64,000 nucleotides of DNA from Octopus sinensis (GCF_006345805.1 NC_042997.1:43958001-44022000); one strand, 5' to 3'; positions 10,951 to 23,677 are shown, counted from the stretch's first letter. Notes: a model not told the origin generated them from the sequence alone. Numbers and translations: made by a program.

Positions 10951-12599
10951 ATACTCAGGGTTTTCGATGATTTTGGCTTACGCAGTTCTTGTTTTTATAA
11001 CTATCCAAAACCAGCCAGAAGTATAGACATATTGTTGAGAACAATAGATTTCGTTGGCGGTCTGTTATCCCTATTCTAGCTTTTGGTAACCTAGAAGAGG
11101 TTAGGAGGGTCAAGTGGCAAAGGCATTATACTGCTAAGCGAAGGCATCTGTCACTGCTGTCACTCACAGAAAAACTATTGTTTTACCGTGAGAAAAGTGC
11201 TGTTGAACTGCTAAGTGAAATTTGGCGATCGAGGATCGAATCCATGCTATACTTGCATGAACCACTACATCTGTCATTTACAATAGAGATACCCATTCAT
11301 CAGCAAGTGAATCATTAGGTACAGTTCGCATAGAAAGAATAAATTTTAAAAGTTTATGAATGTATTGTGCACTTTATTGAGTGTTGTTACGCGCGTGACA
11401 TCCCGTTCCGTGGTGAAATTGTTTTGCATAAAACAGGCTCATGGTGCAAAGAGGGTTGGGTTGGGGCTAGCGTTGGCCTTATGCCAACATAGAAATCATT
11501 ATTTTCTCGGAGAGAAAAAAAAAACAGTTACAGGAACTAGTTTATTTTGACTACATACTAAAACTTTACATTAAAAGCGATGGATATTGTAAAAATTATG
11601 ATGATGTCTTTCTCAGGGTCATACGCTTCCTCAAGAATAGTGCTTCAATAAATGACACTACTTTAACGGGGAAATGAAACTTCGTAAGTGACATCCCTTT
11701 TTCGACTGCTGGCCCCTTTCACTAACAGGGGTTGATGCATACGCAGAATATTTTTTCATGGAACTATAATCTTGCCATAATCCTAACTGGTAGTTTTTTC
11801 AAACACTTAAGAACTTGTTAGTAACCATAGCAATAAACTCCTTTCTCGACTTCCAGCTTGGCGACCAATTTAATAAACTGAGTAGTAAACATATGCATCA
11901 TCATCCTCTTAATATCGTGTTTTCTTTTGTCGTTTCTTCATATCTACCACTTTTTTAAAAAAGAAATTCTGCGGCTACATTCTATTTAGCAGAAACTCGA
12001 GAACTTCAAACCTAGGGCTTCTTAATCAGCGGCACGGCTCCTTGGGTTTTGTGTTAGAGCAGTGATGAGAATATTTAGTTCTTGTTTAACGCTTGGTCAG
12101 TATTGATCAAGCAGCAGGCTCGTCGCTAGAAATTGGTTCCTGGGAGCGCTTCAGGATATTTTGAGTGGGCACTAAGTTTTGTAAACTGTATTTTCTTGAT
12201 TTGAGGGTGCACCAATGAACAATTAGGGGTAAGTGCTATTCAGTGCACTCTTTAGCGACAGGCATGTTAGTCAAACTTCAAGAAATGTATTGCAAGGAGA
12301 TTTTTGTCAGCTGTATTTTCTACATCTGAGGGTGCACATTGAATAGTGAAGATGCAGTGCCGTCCAGTGACCCTACCCCCTTAGCGACGGGCATGTCGAG
12401 CAGACCAATTGGATATACGTAGTTCGTAACGGTTAAGTAGGGTCAATAAATCCATTTCTCCAGATATACCTTCGTTTTGTGGAGGTCGTATAGTGTATGG
12501 GGGTGCGGCTCGGAAGTTTGGGATCCAGTCCCCTTAGTGTTGTCTGTTTTTGTATATTACTTGGATTGAGCGCCACAGTAGTTCTTTAACGGCTATTGG

Positions 12600-13502
12600 C
12601 AGTAAGTGTAGCATGAGGGGAGGGGCAATAAGGGTGGTCTGCCCTAGGCGGTGCTTTTATGGTGATGTCACTTTTGGGTTTTTGCAAACTCAGGGCGCGA
12701 AACCTTTTTTCCCACGAGAGTTCCGGACCCCAGTTAATGAACTCATTTACATACAACCAAACAGAGCTCACCTTGATCTTGTTACCAAGTTTACAAACAC
12801 ACTCTACCAAGAAAACTCAAGACGAAGAACGGTGTTGTAAGTCGACCGATCGCCGCCAAGTTATACCTTGTTACACATTCATATGTATGTGTTTGCGTAT
12901 GCCAAACTACATCTCCACTCTTGACACTATTTTGTTTGTGAACAGTACAACTGTGTGTAAAGTATATAATGTATTACTACGCTGAATGTCGTCGTCCGTG
13001 TAACATGTAAAGATAATAAACACGTAAACATAACAATGGTTTTCAATTGGTTGTCCATCCCATCAGAACCCAAACTACACACAACATACCTGATTTCAGA
13101 AGGAGACAAGTAATTAGATTTGCATCTATACCTATTATCGGATTTTGTTAGGGCCCCACATGGTAAAGATGTGGATGGGAAAAATGTGGGTAGAGGGTTA
13201 TGTGTTAGCAACCCTCTCCCCATACTGTCTTACAAAGTAAAAAATAACAGAACTACGCAGATGCAGCCATGGTTGAAACAAGAACAAGAACAACAAGCAT
13301 TCTTAAGAAAGAAAAGAAGCATGGACATTCCTTACCCAGGTGACCTTATCTTATCGCCCGTCACTTGTTATGCGCTCATAAATTAGTTTGGTATTTGAGC
13401 TCTGATTGGCTGTATGCAAATGAGTGCATAACTGGGGTCTGGAACTCTCGTGGGAAAAAACATTTCGCATCCCGCGCAGCACACACTCTAACTACGCCAC
13501 TG
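12600..13502. mobile_element. non-autonomous DNA transposon (CAGTGGCGTAG-type ends) with ~78-bp subterminal inverted repeats
   Basis: 12692-12769 is the reverse complement of 13397-13474. Right end CTACGCCACTG, left end degenerate CAGTAAGTGTAG. A mini version of the ends lies at ~35115-35225. Confidence 0.65.
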
Positions 13503-14053
13503 CTTGTTGGTGATGTGTCTCCCAATACAATGTAAGGACTAATGAAGCTATTGGTACTGCTGTTAGTAAGGTATATGTCTGTTTTTAAGGCTTATCTGGC
13601 TCGAGTAGAAGGGGGTTCTAGTTAACAAGGGAATGAAGCCATTGAGGGAGTTTCTTTTTCGCACTTGGTTAACCTGGTAGATTTAGCTGTCAAATCTCTA
13701 TCAAACCACGTACCTTGGTCTTAAAAAAAGGAAGACAAAGGGGCAATAATAAGGTACTAGATCGCGCTGGGGCAGGAAGGTTCATTTAATTTTGATGGAG
13801 AAGTGAAAGTTTACAGAAAAATTATATAAATCAGTCCTTAAATGTAGTTTTAAATAGTTACTAAATTAGTATCCCTATATGGGAAACTGAGTCAAGTTTG
13901 TCTGTTTCAGGAAATTAAGTTAACAAAAGAAGGAAGGAGTATTGTTTAATTGGAGAATTAATTAACTTTACAGGTCTTAAATAAGCTATTCGGAGAAGGT
14001 AACAATAAACAGCAGTAATGCTTATTCACAGAAAACGCTCAGTGCATGGGGAT

Positions 14054-14436
14054 GGAAGCACTCCGTCGGTTACGACGACGAGGGTTCCGGTTGATCCGAA
14101 TCAACGGAACAGCCTGCTCGTGAAATTAACGTGTAAGTGGCTGAGCACTCCACAGACACGTGCACCCTTAACGTAGTTTTCGGGGATATTCAGCGTGACA
14201 CAGAGAGTGACAAGGCTGGCCCCTTGAAATACAGGTACAACAGAAACAGGAAGAAAGAGTGAGAGAAAGTTGTGGTGAAAGAGTACAGCAGGGATCACCA
14301 CCATCCCCTGCCGGAGCCTCGTGGAGCTTTAGGTGTTTTCGCTCAATAAATACTCACAACGCCAGGTCTGGGAATCGAAACCGCGATCCTATGACCGCGA
14401 GTCCGCTGCCCTAACCACTGGGCCATTGCGCCTCCA
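14054..14436 (-). mobile_element. SINE family T, tail a
   Basis: Full-length, near-identical to 9277-9660. Confidence 0.85.
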
Positions 14437-14829
14437 CGCTCAGTGCATATTACTCTCAAGAATCAATACACGAACATTTTTGAATTTTCAGTGCTGTCCC
14501 GAGGTTCCAACAGGGTTGTAGAACTAATTAGACTGTGGCCTATATACAAAATAATGAGTAATATATGTAATCTTTATTTAGTGTGCAAAATACCAAACGA
14601 AATATACATATTCTATCCAACAGCTATATAGTTCTCATTATTCGCTAGGTTACTTTTACTATCCCGAAAAGAATTCTTCAAACCTGTTAGTTATTGTAAG
14701 TAGTCGTCCTTCATGTGGAACAAACAAAAGATCAAATTACTTATGCTAATAAGGTTTACTTTCCACCTGGCTCTGTGCCAAATTTGTTTTTAGAAAAGAG
14801 AGTTGTATTCATCAAGCGAATCGAATCCA

Positions 14830-16700
14830 ATCCATGACAAGTTCTTATTTTATTGGGTCTGAAAGGATGAAGAGCGAAGTCGGGGAAAATGCCGCTAAAC
14901 ATTTTTGTCCGTGGTACTTAACGATCCTGCCTGGTCAAATAATAATCGTTTCTGACACAGGTATAAGACCTGAAATTTGAAGGAGTCAGTTACGTCGATC
15001 CCAGTTGTAGTTGTTTGTTTTGTTGACCCTGGAATGATGAAAGGCAAATTTGGTCACAACAGGAATCGAACGCAGAACGTAAAGTTCCGAAAGAAATACT
15101 GCAACGATTTTGTCAATTCACACTCTAATATATGTTTCTGACATAGGCACATGGTTTGAAATTTGAAGGACGGCAACAGTCGATTGTACCAACCCTTGCA
15201 CTTCACTGATATTCCATTTTATCGACCCCGGAGGCATGAAAGTCAAACCTGATCTCAACATAATTTGATCTCAGACTGAAAGGAACTTCTAAATATCTAA
15301 AAGATATTTTAACCGCCGCACTAACGATTCTGGCAAATAATTTTTTTCCTTTTTACTATAGGAACCAGGCCTGAAACGTTTGTTGGGAGAAGGCCAGTTG
15401 ATTACATCAACCCAATGCTCAACTGGTACTTTATTTTATCAACACCAAAAGGATGAAGGGCAAAGTCGATCTCAGCGGAGTTTGAACACAGAACGTAAGG
15501 AGCCGGAAGAAATGCCGTTAAACATTTTGTCCGGTGCGCTGACGATTCTGTTTGCTCGCCACCTTAAATGATTTCAAATTTTTGGCACACAGCCTGTAAT
15601 TTTAGTGGGAGGTAGTTACCCGATTTCGTGACCCTAGGTTTCGACTGGTATTTATTTCATCAACCCTGGAGTGATGAAAGACTAAGTTGACCCAAACGCT
15701 CAGTATTTTATCCGACCTGTTAATGAAGCTGCCACCTCACCGGCTTCCATCACCTTAGCAACACTATTGTTTCTAATATTGGCTCAAAGCCAACAATTTT
15801 AGAGGAGGGTGTAAATCGATTACATCGATCCCAGTACTCGACTGGTATTTATTTTATCAACCTCAAAAGGATTAAAGGCAAAGTCGACCTCGGTGGAATT
15901 TGAGCTCAGAACGTTGTGAGTCAGAAGAAATATCGCAAAGCATATTTTCCGAAGATCTAACGACTCTGCCACCTCACCACTTTAGTAATAATAATTCTTT
16001 CTACTATAGACACAGTGGACGCACATGGCCTAGTGGTTAGAGCAGCGGACTCGCGGTCGGGGGATAGCGGGTTCGAATCTCAGACCGGGCGATGTGTGTG
16101 TTTATGAGCGAAGCACCTAAGCTCCACGCGGCTCTGGCAGAAGGTAATGGCAAACTTCTGCTGACTCTTTTGCCACAACTTTCTCTCGCTCTTTCCTCCT
16201 GCATCTAGCAGCTCACCTACGACGGACCAGCGTCCCGTCCAGGTGAGGAGCCTATACGCCAAGGAAACCGGGAAACCGAAACCGGCCCTTATGAGCCAGG
16301 CACGGGTCGAGATGGAACAAACAACAACTATAGGTACAGGGCCTGAGTTTTATTTTGGCGGGGGAATAGTTGATTACATCGACTCCAGTGCTCAGCTGGT
16401 ACTTGTTTAATCGATCCCGAAAGGATCAAAGACAAAGTCGACTTCGGCAGGGTTTGGACTCAGAATATAAAGACGGATGTAGAGTCCCTAAGCATTTTCC
16501 CGGCGTGCTATCGATTTTGATTGCTCGCTAATAATAACGATAGTCCTTATTACTAAAGACACAAGGCCCGAAATTTGGGGGAAGGGAGCAGTCGATTACA
16601 TCGACCCCGAAAGGATAAAAGGTAAAGTCGACCTCGACAGGATTTGAACCCAAAACGTAAAGACGGACGAAATGCCGTGCTAACGATTTTGCCAGCTCGA
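14830..16700 (-). mobile_element. cluster of decayed family M SINEs
   Basis: About 7-8 repeats of the GAAAGGATGAAAGGCAAAGTCGACC core, all in the same orientation. Confidence 0.7.
16015..16329 (+). mobile_element. SINE family T, tail b variant
   Basis: tRNA head then GACGGACCAGCGTCCCGTCCAGGTG...GGAAACCGGGAAAC, ending in (AAC)n. Confidence 0.7.
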
Positions 16701-16779
16701 CCACAAAGACTGCAAAAAGCATTTAGGGCAATGTGAAAACAAAGGATAACGGGAATAGTAACAACAGAAGAATTACAAC

Positions 16780-17220
16780 AAAATTCTCCATTTGAGTGGG
16801 GACACTTCTCGGGTTGACCAAGGAACTCCCACAGACAAAGAAACACTGGTGATGCTGTAGCTTCAGTGTATGACTGAGCATAATTAGTCACCGAATTCCC
16901 AATTCTCCACGCAGTGGATGTCGATATCTAATGTGCCGTCCGACCAGTGGAACACATCCTCTCTAAAGCAGACGAGAAAGTACTCCATTCTGGTCAGTCG
17001 TGAAAGAAGGCAAAGCACGCTGATCAGGAGATAATAGATGAATGCAATGTAGATATTTATCCCCGCTTCGGACCTTTCAGTGATAGTTTCCTCTCGGCCT
17101 ATTTCTAAGTGAAACTGCCCACCCTGCTCATCACCTCTTCCCAGTTCTTGTCCATTTGGAGGTCTGAACCAAATCAAAATTTGAGCAATAAAACTAGTCC
17201 ATCCAGTGCCCACACCACGC
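16780..17220 (-). pseudogene. Tx1-clade LINE, post-RT ORF2 fragment
   Basis: Frameshifted pieces F*FGSDLQMDKNWEEV...ERKLSLKG and RLL*RGCVPLVGRHIRYRHPLRGELG, typical of Tx1 ORF2 after the RT core. Confidence 0.65.
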
Positions 17221-17899
17221 TGTCACAAAGTTTATTGCAAGAAGGGGGCGTGCATGAATACGACAAGCCCCCCACTGTTGTAATAGTGCAGGAGTTCCAT
17301 GTTTTATAACGGCTATTCACCGCAACCGTTCTCCGCCGTCAACTGTCGTGGGCTTCTTGTCATTGAACTAGAGTGCGGAACGGTTAGGTCTGTCACTTTT
17401 TGAGAGGCCGTTGTATCATGCTGAACTCTCCCTGACTATGATGAGTAATACAAGAGAGTCGAATTTGTGTCTTCTTAATTTGACCCGAGTCGTATTGTCA
17501 TTCAGTTTTGTCGACTTTTCAGTACAGGTGAGGTGAAATAAACATCGGAGATGGTTTTGTCCAATGCAGAAATTGCAGGAGATAGCCAGAGGTATTGCAA
17601 GATCTTCTTCTGAAGCCACCGCAAAGTCGGGAGCTCTTCGTATTTTCGACAGGTATCTCAAGATCACAGGCATTTCGTCCCTTAGCCTGTACGCTTCACC
17701 AGAATGAATCAGGGAGGACTAAATTAGTATCCGTTGGCAGAAGGGTTCCACCTTCAGACTCTGGTCAAGCACAGGGACTGTGAACTGCTTCCATCTGCCA
17801 TGTCTTTTCTTTTGGTGGTTTTCTTTAGTTGCTTGTGTTTTAGACCATTCTTTTGCAAAAAGTAGCACACCGATGCGGCTGGTTTGAATAGGGAGTGAG

Positions 17900-18020
17900 G
17901 CCGAACGCCATCCGTTGAGAAGCTGCGTTGACCAAGTCCTGATATTTGATTTGCTTTAGCCGATGAGAAATGTCGAGTCAGTTTTCCCAGGGCACCGTAA
18001 GTTTAACCACGATTATTGTT
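17900..18020 (-). pseudogene. restriction-like endonuclease fragment of an RLE non-LTR retrotransposon (HERO/NeSL-like)
   Basis: IIVVKLTVPWEN*LDISHRLKQIKYQDLV resembles the ELTVPWE...RK..KY..L motif. Confidence 0.55.
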
Positions 18021-18073
18021 ATCTAGACAATAATTTCTTAAACGTGAAGTTAGTCCAGTGCGTGCTACATTCG

Positions 18074-18456
18074 TGGAGGCGCAATGGCCCAGTTGTTAGA
18101 GCAGCGGACTCGCGGTCATAGGATTGCGGTTTCGATTCCCAGACCGGGCGTTGTGAGTGTTTATTGACCGAAAACACCTAAAAGCTCCACGAGGCTCCGG
18201 CAGGGGATGGTGGTGATCCATGCTGTACTCTTTCACCACAACTTTCTCTCACTCTTACTTCCTGTTTCTGTTGTACCTGTATTTCAAAGGGCCGGCTTTG
18301 TCGCTTTCTGTGTCACGCTGAATATCCCCGAGAACTACGTTAAGGGTACACGTGTCTGTGGAGTGCTCAGCCATTTGCACGCTAATTTCACGAGCAGGCC
18401 GTTCCGTTGATTCGGATCAACCGGAACCCTCGTCGTCGTAACCGACGGAGTGCTTC
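18074..18456 (+). mobile_element. SINE family T, tail a
   Basis: Full-length plus-strand copy. Confidence 0.85.
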
Positions 18457-18536
18457 TATCCAGTATTTTAGATGGTGTTTGTCGTCGTTTAGCCACTTAA
18501 TATCAAACCTGGATGAAAAACCTATACAAGCAAGGT

Positions 18537-18824
18537 TGTAACTTAAACACGTTTATTGTGGCCACACGTATATACAAAATGGGATGATGAATAGAATGGT
18601 TGGTGTGTAAAGGCCATAGTCTTCTGTGCTATGCTCCTCTCTGCAAAGCTGGCCTGTGGCATAATATAGAGGCAGTGAAGTTGTGTCCGTCCTCATAGCT
18701 TGCGTGTCAGCGCAGAAAAAGAGGGAGATGAAGTCACTCGTCTGAATCTTAATGTTGTGTAACGCCCTCTATATCTGTATAGCCAGTTTGTTTACCCGCC
18801 GTGAAGGTGGGTAATGCGCCCACA
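18537..18824 (-). mobile_element. possible solo LTR
   Basis: TGT...ACA ends and AATAAA near the minus-strand 3' end. No TSD seen. Confidence 0.3.
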
Positions 18825-19132
18825 GTATAAATATTTTCATTAGCATACATACTTCTTGTTTTTTTCCCTCTGAAACTAACATTATTCAATTTCTTTAGTT
18901 CTATTTAAGTGTGCGGACACTGTTGGAAATAGCTCAAGTTCTAGTCTCTAACAAAGTCGGTATTCGAACTTCTTCAAACCTCAAACAGAAGACGGTATTG
19001 TTGCGTCACTTCTATAGAACCATCGCACAGAAAGTGTAGCGTGGCCGGAGCAGCCTTAAATTTCCATTGTTTATGCACGGTTGCATCCTCAGTGTTAAAG
19101 CGTATGAGCGAAGGTCCTTGGTTTCTCCAAAC

Positions 19133-19262
19133 ACACACACATGCTCATACACACACACGCACGCACACACACACACACATGCACATACGCACACACACAC
19201 ACACACGCGCACACAAACACACACGCATACACACACACGCGCACGCACACACACACGCACAC

Positions 19263-19313
<51 letters not shown>

Positions 19314-19336
19314 CACGCACACACACACACACACAC
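19133..19336. repeat. (AC)n/(GC) microsatellite
   Basis: Directly visible. Confidence 0.95.
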
Positions 19337-19408
19337 GAGCTAGCGCATAAATGGGGGAAAGAAAAAAGTACTCGAATACCGAAGTTAGAGTTTATTAAAG
19401 CTGAAAAG

Positions 19409-19520
19409 AATCTTTACAAACTGTTACTCAGAGTTTCACGTTGCCATTCGTCGGACAGATGTGATCACAACCGTCCGACGAACAATATCGTGAAACTCTG
19501 AGTTCGAGTTTGTAAAGATT
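19409..19520. other. 112-nt imperfect palindrome
   Basis: Stems of 14, 15 and 10 bp with small internal loops and a 16-nt loop. Confidence 0.85.
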
Positions 19521-19559
19521 TGTGAACATTTTTTTTTCAGTTTTAATAAATGAGTAAAT

Positions 19560-19862
19560 ATACTGCGTGGCACCTTGGGCAAGTGTCTTCTACTATAGCC
19601 TCGGGCCGACCAAAGCCTTCTGAGTGGATTTGGTTGACGGAAACTGAAAGAAGCCTGTCGTATATATGTATATATATATTTATATGTATGTGTGAATATG
19701 TTTGTGTGTCTGTGTTTGTTCCCCTAGCATTGCTTCACAACCGATGCTGGTGTGTTTACGTCCCCGTCACTTAGCGGTTCGGCAAAAGATATCCGATAGA
19801 ATAAGTACTGGCGGTGCTCCAGCATGGCCGCAGTCAAATGACTGAAACAAGTAAAAGAGTAA
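19560..19862 (+). mobile_element. SINE family C (head-truncated)
   Basis: GTGGCACCTTGGGCAAGTGTCTTC CORE-like block, internal (TA/TG)n, tail GAAACAAGTAAAAGAG. Confidence 0.75.
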
Positions 19863-20239
19863 AGTATGAAAAGTTATATTTTCAGGGGAGTAAGTAAGAG
19901 TTTCCTCCCATGGGATAAATGTCGGCAGTGGCCGAAAAATGTCAGCTGGAGGTCTTAAAGGATCGTAAAGGAAGACGATCACGTTCTTTAAAATGAATTT
20001 CCTGTCATGATGACGTGACTACGAAATATTTTACCTTTTCAGTTTAGGGAGGCACCCGGATCGTGTGATTTCTTTAAAACGACCCTCCCACCTGTAAAGC
20101 AAAGTCTGCAACATTCACAAAAGCACGGCCCAGACATGTTGTAGAAGTTTCCAGTTTGTTTTGTACGGCATCCTTTCTTCTTACTTGTTTGTGTACGGGT
20201 GTGTGTGTGTATGTGTGTATGTATGTATATATGTATATA

Positions 20240-20358
<119 letters not shown>

Positions 20359-20647
20359 GTATACATATATATATATATACATATAATTAATTAATAAGGG
20401 TGAGAGAATTAGATACTAATTTAATAGTATATCTATTCAACACCAAGTGGCCTAGTGCTCCGAGAAACCTGGATTATTATAATATTTTATAATATATTAC
20501 AATATTTTTACAAAATAAATATAAGAGAGTGGTCACTATATGGCTCACTCTAGCACCAGTTAATCCAAAAGGTTTCAACCACAAAAATACATGTTTCCCA
20601 TGAAAGTCAGTACGATTGTTAGCTCACACGGACAGGGCAAATAAAAA

Positions 20648-20691
<44 letters not shown>

Positions 20692-20887
20692 ATATATATA
20701 TATATGTATGTATATATATATATATGTATACATATATATATATATGTATGTATATATATGTATATATATGTATACATATATATATATATATGCACGTATC
20801 ATGTATACACACACACATGTATTCATGCACATGTACGTATGTATGTATGTTTGTATATTTTCACATATGTATACATACACAGGTATG

Positions 20888-21306
<419 letters not shown>

Positions 21307-21307
<1 letters not shown>

Positions 21308-21660
21308 TGTTTCTTTATTAGCCACACAGGGCTGCACACAGATAGAACAAATTACAAGGTAGAGCTTTTCTTTTGAAGGTAAAAAAAAAAAGAGGGGGGT
21401 CGATCAAAAGGGATCGTAAAAGGAGAGAAAGAGGACAAAAAAAAGGGGGGGGTTAAAAAAAAAGGGGGAGAGGAAAAAAAAATTGATCAATAGGGATCGT
21501 TATCACAGAAATGTCAATATGAAGTGTAAAGGGGAGGACAGGTGAGGTTTACCCGTGGAAAGAAAAGCCTACGGAAAAGACCACGGTAACCTCGGTCAAT
21601 GAAGTCACATGTTATATTTCTTTTTTTTTTTTTTTTTTTTTGCAAATAAGCAACTCTCTG
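21307..21660 (-). mobile_element. LINE 3' end (probably Tx1 clade) embedded in TAGA array
   Basis: Minus strand ends GCAGCCCTGTGTGGCTAATAAAGAAACAT then (ATCT)n. TAGA repeats resume at 21661. Clade assignment is inference. Confidence 0.55.
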
Positions 21661-21801
21661 TAGATAGATAGATAGATACACATAATGAAGACTTAGACAA
21701 TCTATAAAGAGTCGATCAGTAGATATACATTGAGATATTATACACACAAATTCGTATCTGCGTTTGTGTCTGAAACAGACTGACCCGAAGAAGCAGACCT
21801 A

Positions 21802-21802
<1 letters not shown>

Positions 21803-21868
<66 letters not shown>

Positions 21869-21913
21869 TTAGTAGTAGTAGTAGTAGTAGTCGTCGTCGT
21901 AGTAGTAGTAGTC

Positions 21914-21951
<38 letters not shown>

Positions 21952-22051
21952 CGTTGTAGTAGTAGTAGTAGTCGTTGTAGTAGTAGTAGTAGTCGTCGTA
22001 GTAGTAGTAGTAGTCGTAGTAGTAGTAGTAGTAGTCGTCGTAGTAGTAGTC

Positions 22052-22083
<32 letters not shown>

Positions 22084-22120
22084 CGTTGTAGTAGTAGTAG
22101 TAGTAGTAGTAATAGTCGTT

Positions 22121-22152
<32 letters not shown>

Positions 22153-22297
22153 TCTAGAAGTAGTAGTAGTCGTCGTAGTAGTAGTAGTAGTAGTAGTAGT
22201 AGTCGTTGTAGTAGTAGTAGTCGTTGTAGTAGTAGTAGTTGTAGTAGTAGTAGTAGTAGTAGTTGTAGTAGTAGTAGTAGTTCTAGTAGTAGTAGCC

Positions 22298-22348
<51 letters not shown>

Positions 22349-22441
22349 ATAGTAGTTCTAGTAGTAGTAGTCGTAGTAGTAGTAGTAGTAGTAGTAATAG
22401 TAGTAGTAGTCGTTGTAGTAGTAGTCGTTGTAGTAGTAGTA

Positions 22442-22482
<41 letters not shown>

Positions 22483-22495
22483 TGTGGTAGTTGTA
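21803..22495. repeat. (TAG)n compound trinucleotide microsatellite
   Basis: About 690 bp of TAG with TCG/TTG/TAA variants, ending in (TCG)n. Confidence 0.95.
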
Positions 22496-22510
22496 GAAGG
22501 AAGAGAAAGA

Positions 22511-23425
22511 GGATCTTTACCTTTTGACCGACAGATTTAAAAAATAATTTTTTGTAACTAAACACTTTCAAACTTCGTATACTTGTAGAATGTGTCATAT
22601 AAGACCTCTTTTACTCTTGGCGTTGTTGAGAAAATTCTGTATTTTGGAAGTTATTTCTTGTTAAAGTTGTCGTATTTCGGTAATTTCAACCAATCAATGA
22701 CGTGTATTCAGCTGAATAAAATTACTGCTGTTGCTTGTCAACAACAACTTCCAGTGGTGTATATTTCCTTTGTCACTGTTATTTATGACATATTTCATCT
22801 CAGTTACGTTTCTATGAATAAACGAATGTATCTGAATCATATTTAATTCATGGCACAACCATAATATTTCGTGCTTCATTTTTCATTTTTTTCCGTAACT
22901 CTAACCCTAAAACCCCAACCCTAAAACCTTAATCCTAACCCTAACCCTAAAACCTCAACCCTAACCCTAAAACCCCAACCCTAACTCTAAAACCCTAACC
23001 CTAACCCTAAAACCCTAACCCTAGCCCTAAAACGCTAACACTAACCCTAAACCCCTAGCCCTAACCCTAACCCTAAAACCCTAACCCTAAAACCCTAACC
23101 CTAACCTTAAAACCTTAAAGCTAAAACCAGTACAAACGCACGAACGATGTCATAAATAACAGTGACAAACGAAATATAGACCACCGATGGTTGTTGACAA
23201 ACAACGGCAGTAATTTTATTCAGCTGAATACACGTCATTGATTGGTTGAAATTACCAAAATACGACAACTTTAACAAGAAATAACTTCCAAAATACAGAA
23301 TTTTCTCAACAACGCCAAGAGTAAAAGATGTTTTATATGACACATTCTACCGATGTCCGAAGTTTGAAAGTGTTTAGTTACAAAAAATTTATTTTCTAAA
23401 TCTGTCGGTCAAAAGGTAAAGATCC
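22511..23425. mobile_element. GGATC-ended MITE with ~280-bp TIRs and telomere-like core (Merlin-like)
   Basis: 22511-22790 is the reverse complement of ~23147-23425. CCCTAA/CCCTAAAA array ~22880-23115. Flanks GAGAAAGA / GAGAAGGA (7/8). Confidence 0.8.
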
Positions 23426-23466
23426 GAGAAGGATTGAGAGAGAGGGGGGGGGAGAGAGAAAGAGAG

Positions 23467-23521
<55 letters not shown>

Positions 23522-23677
23522 ATGCTATTGGTGAAGTCGCGAATGGCGATGAAAGGACTTTGATAAACCTAACCGACTGAGTGACCGAACGATTAACCAA
23601 ACAATCAATTAGTTAATTGCTTAAAGGATTGACAAATACGGATTTGGAATTTCAAATTTTGGCACGAACTCAGACTC

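Noticed and set aside
17660-17705. Hammerhead-like CTGGTGAAG...GGACGAAA on the minus strand
   Set aside because: The core is not CTGANGA and stem II does not pair.
21738-22598. 286-aa Leu/Arg/Tyr ORF, and similar long ORFs at 19012-19501, 20575-21339, 41454-42031, 46303-46880 and 60755-61794
   Set aside because: Translations of microsatellites.
22880-23115. Telomeric array as a chromosome end or fusion site
   Set aside because: Enclosed by ~280-bp TIRs with a TSD, so it is transposon cargo.
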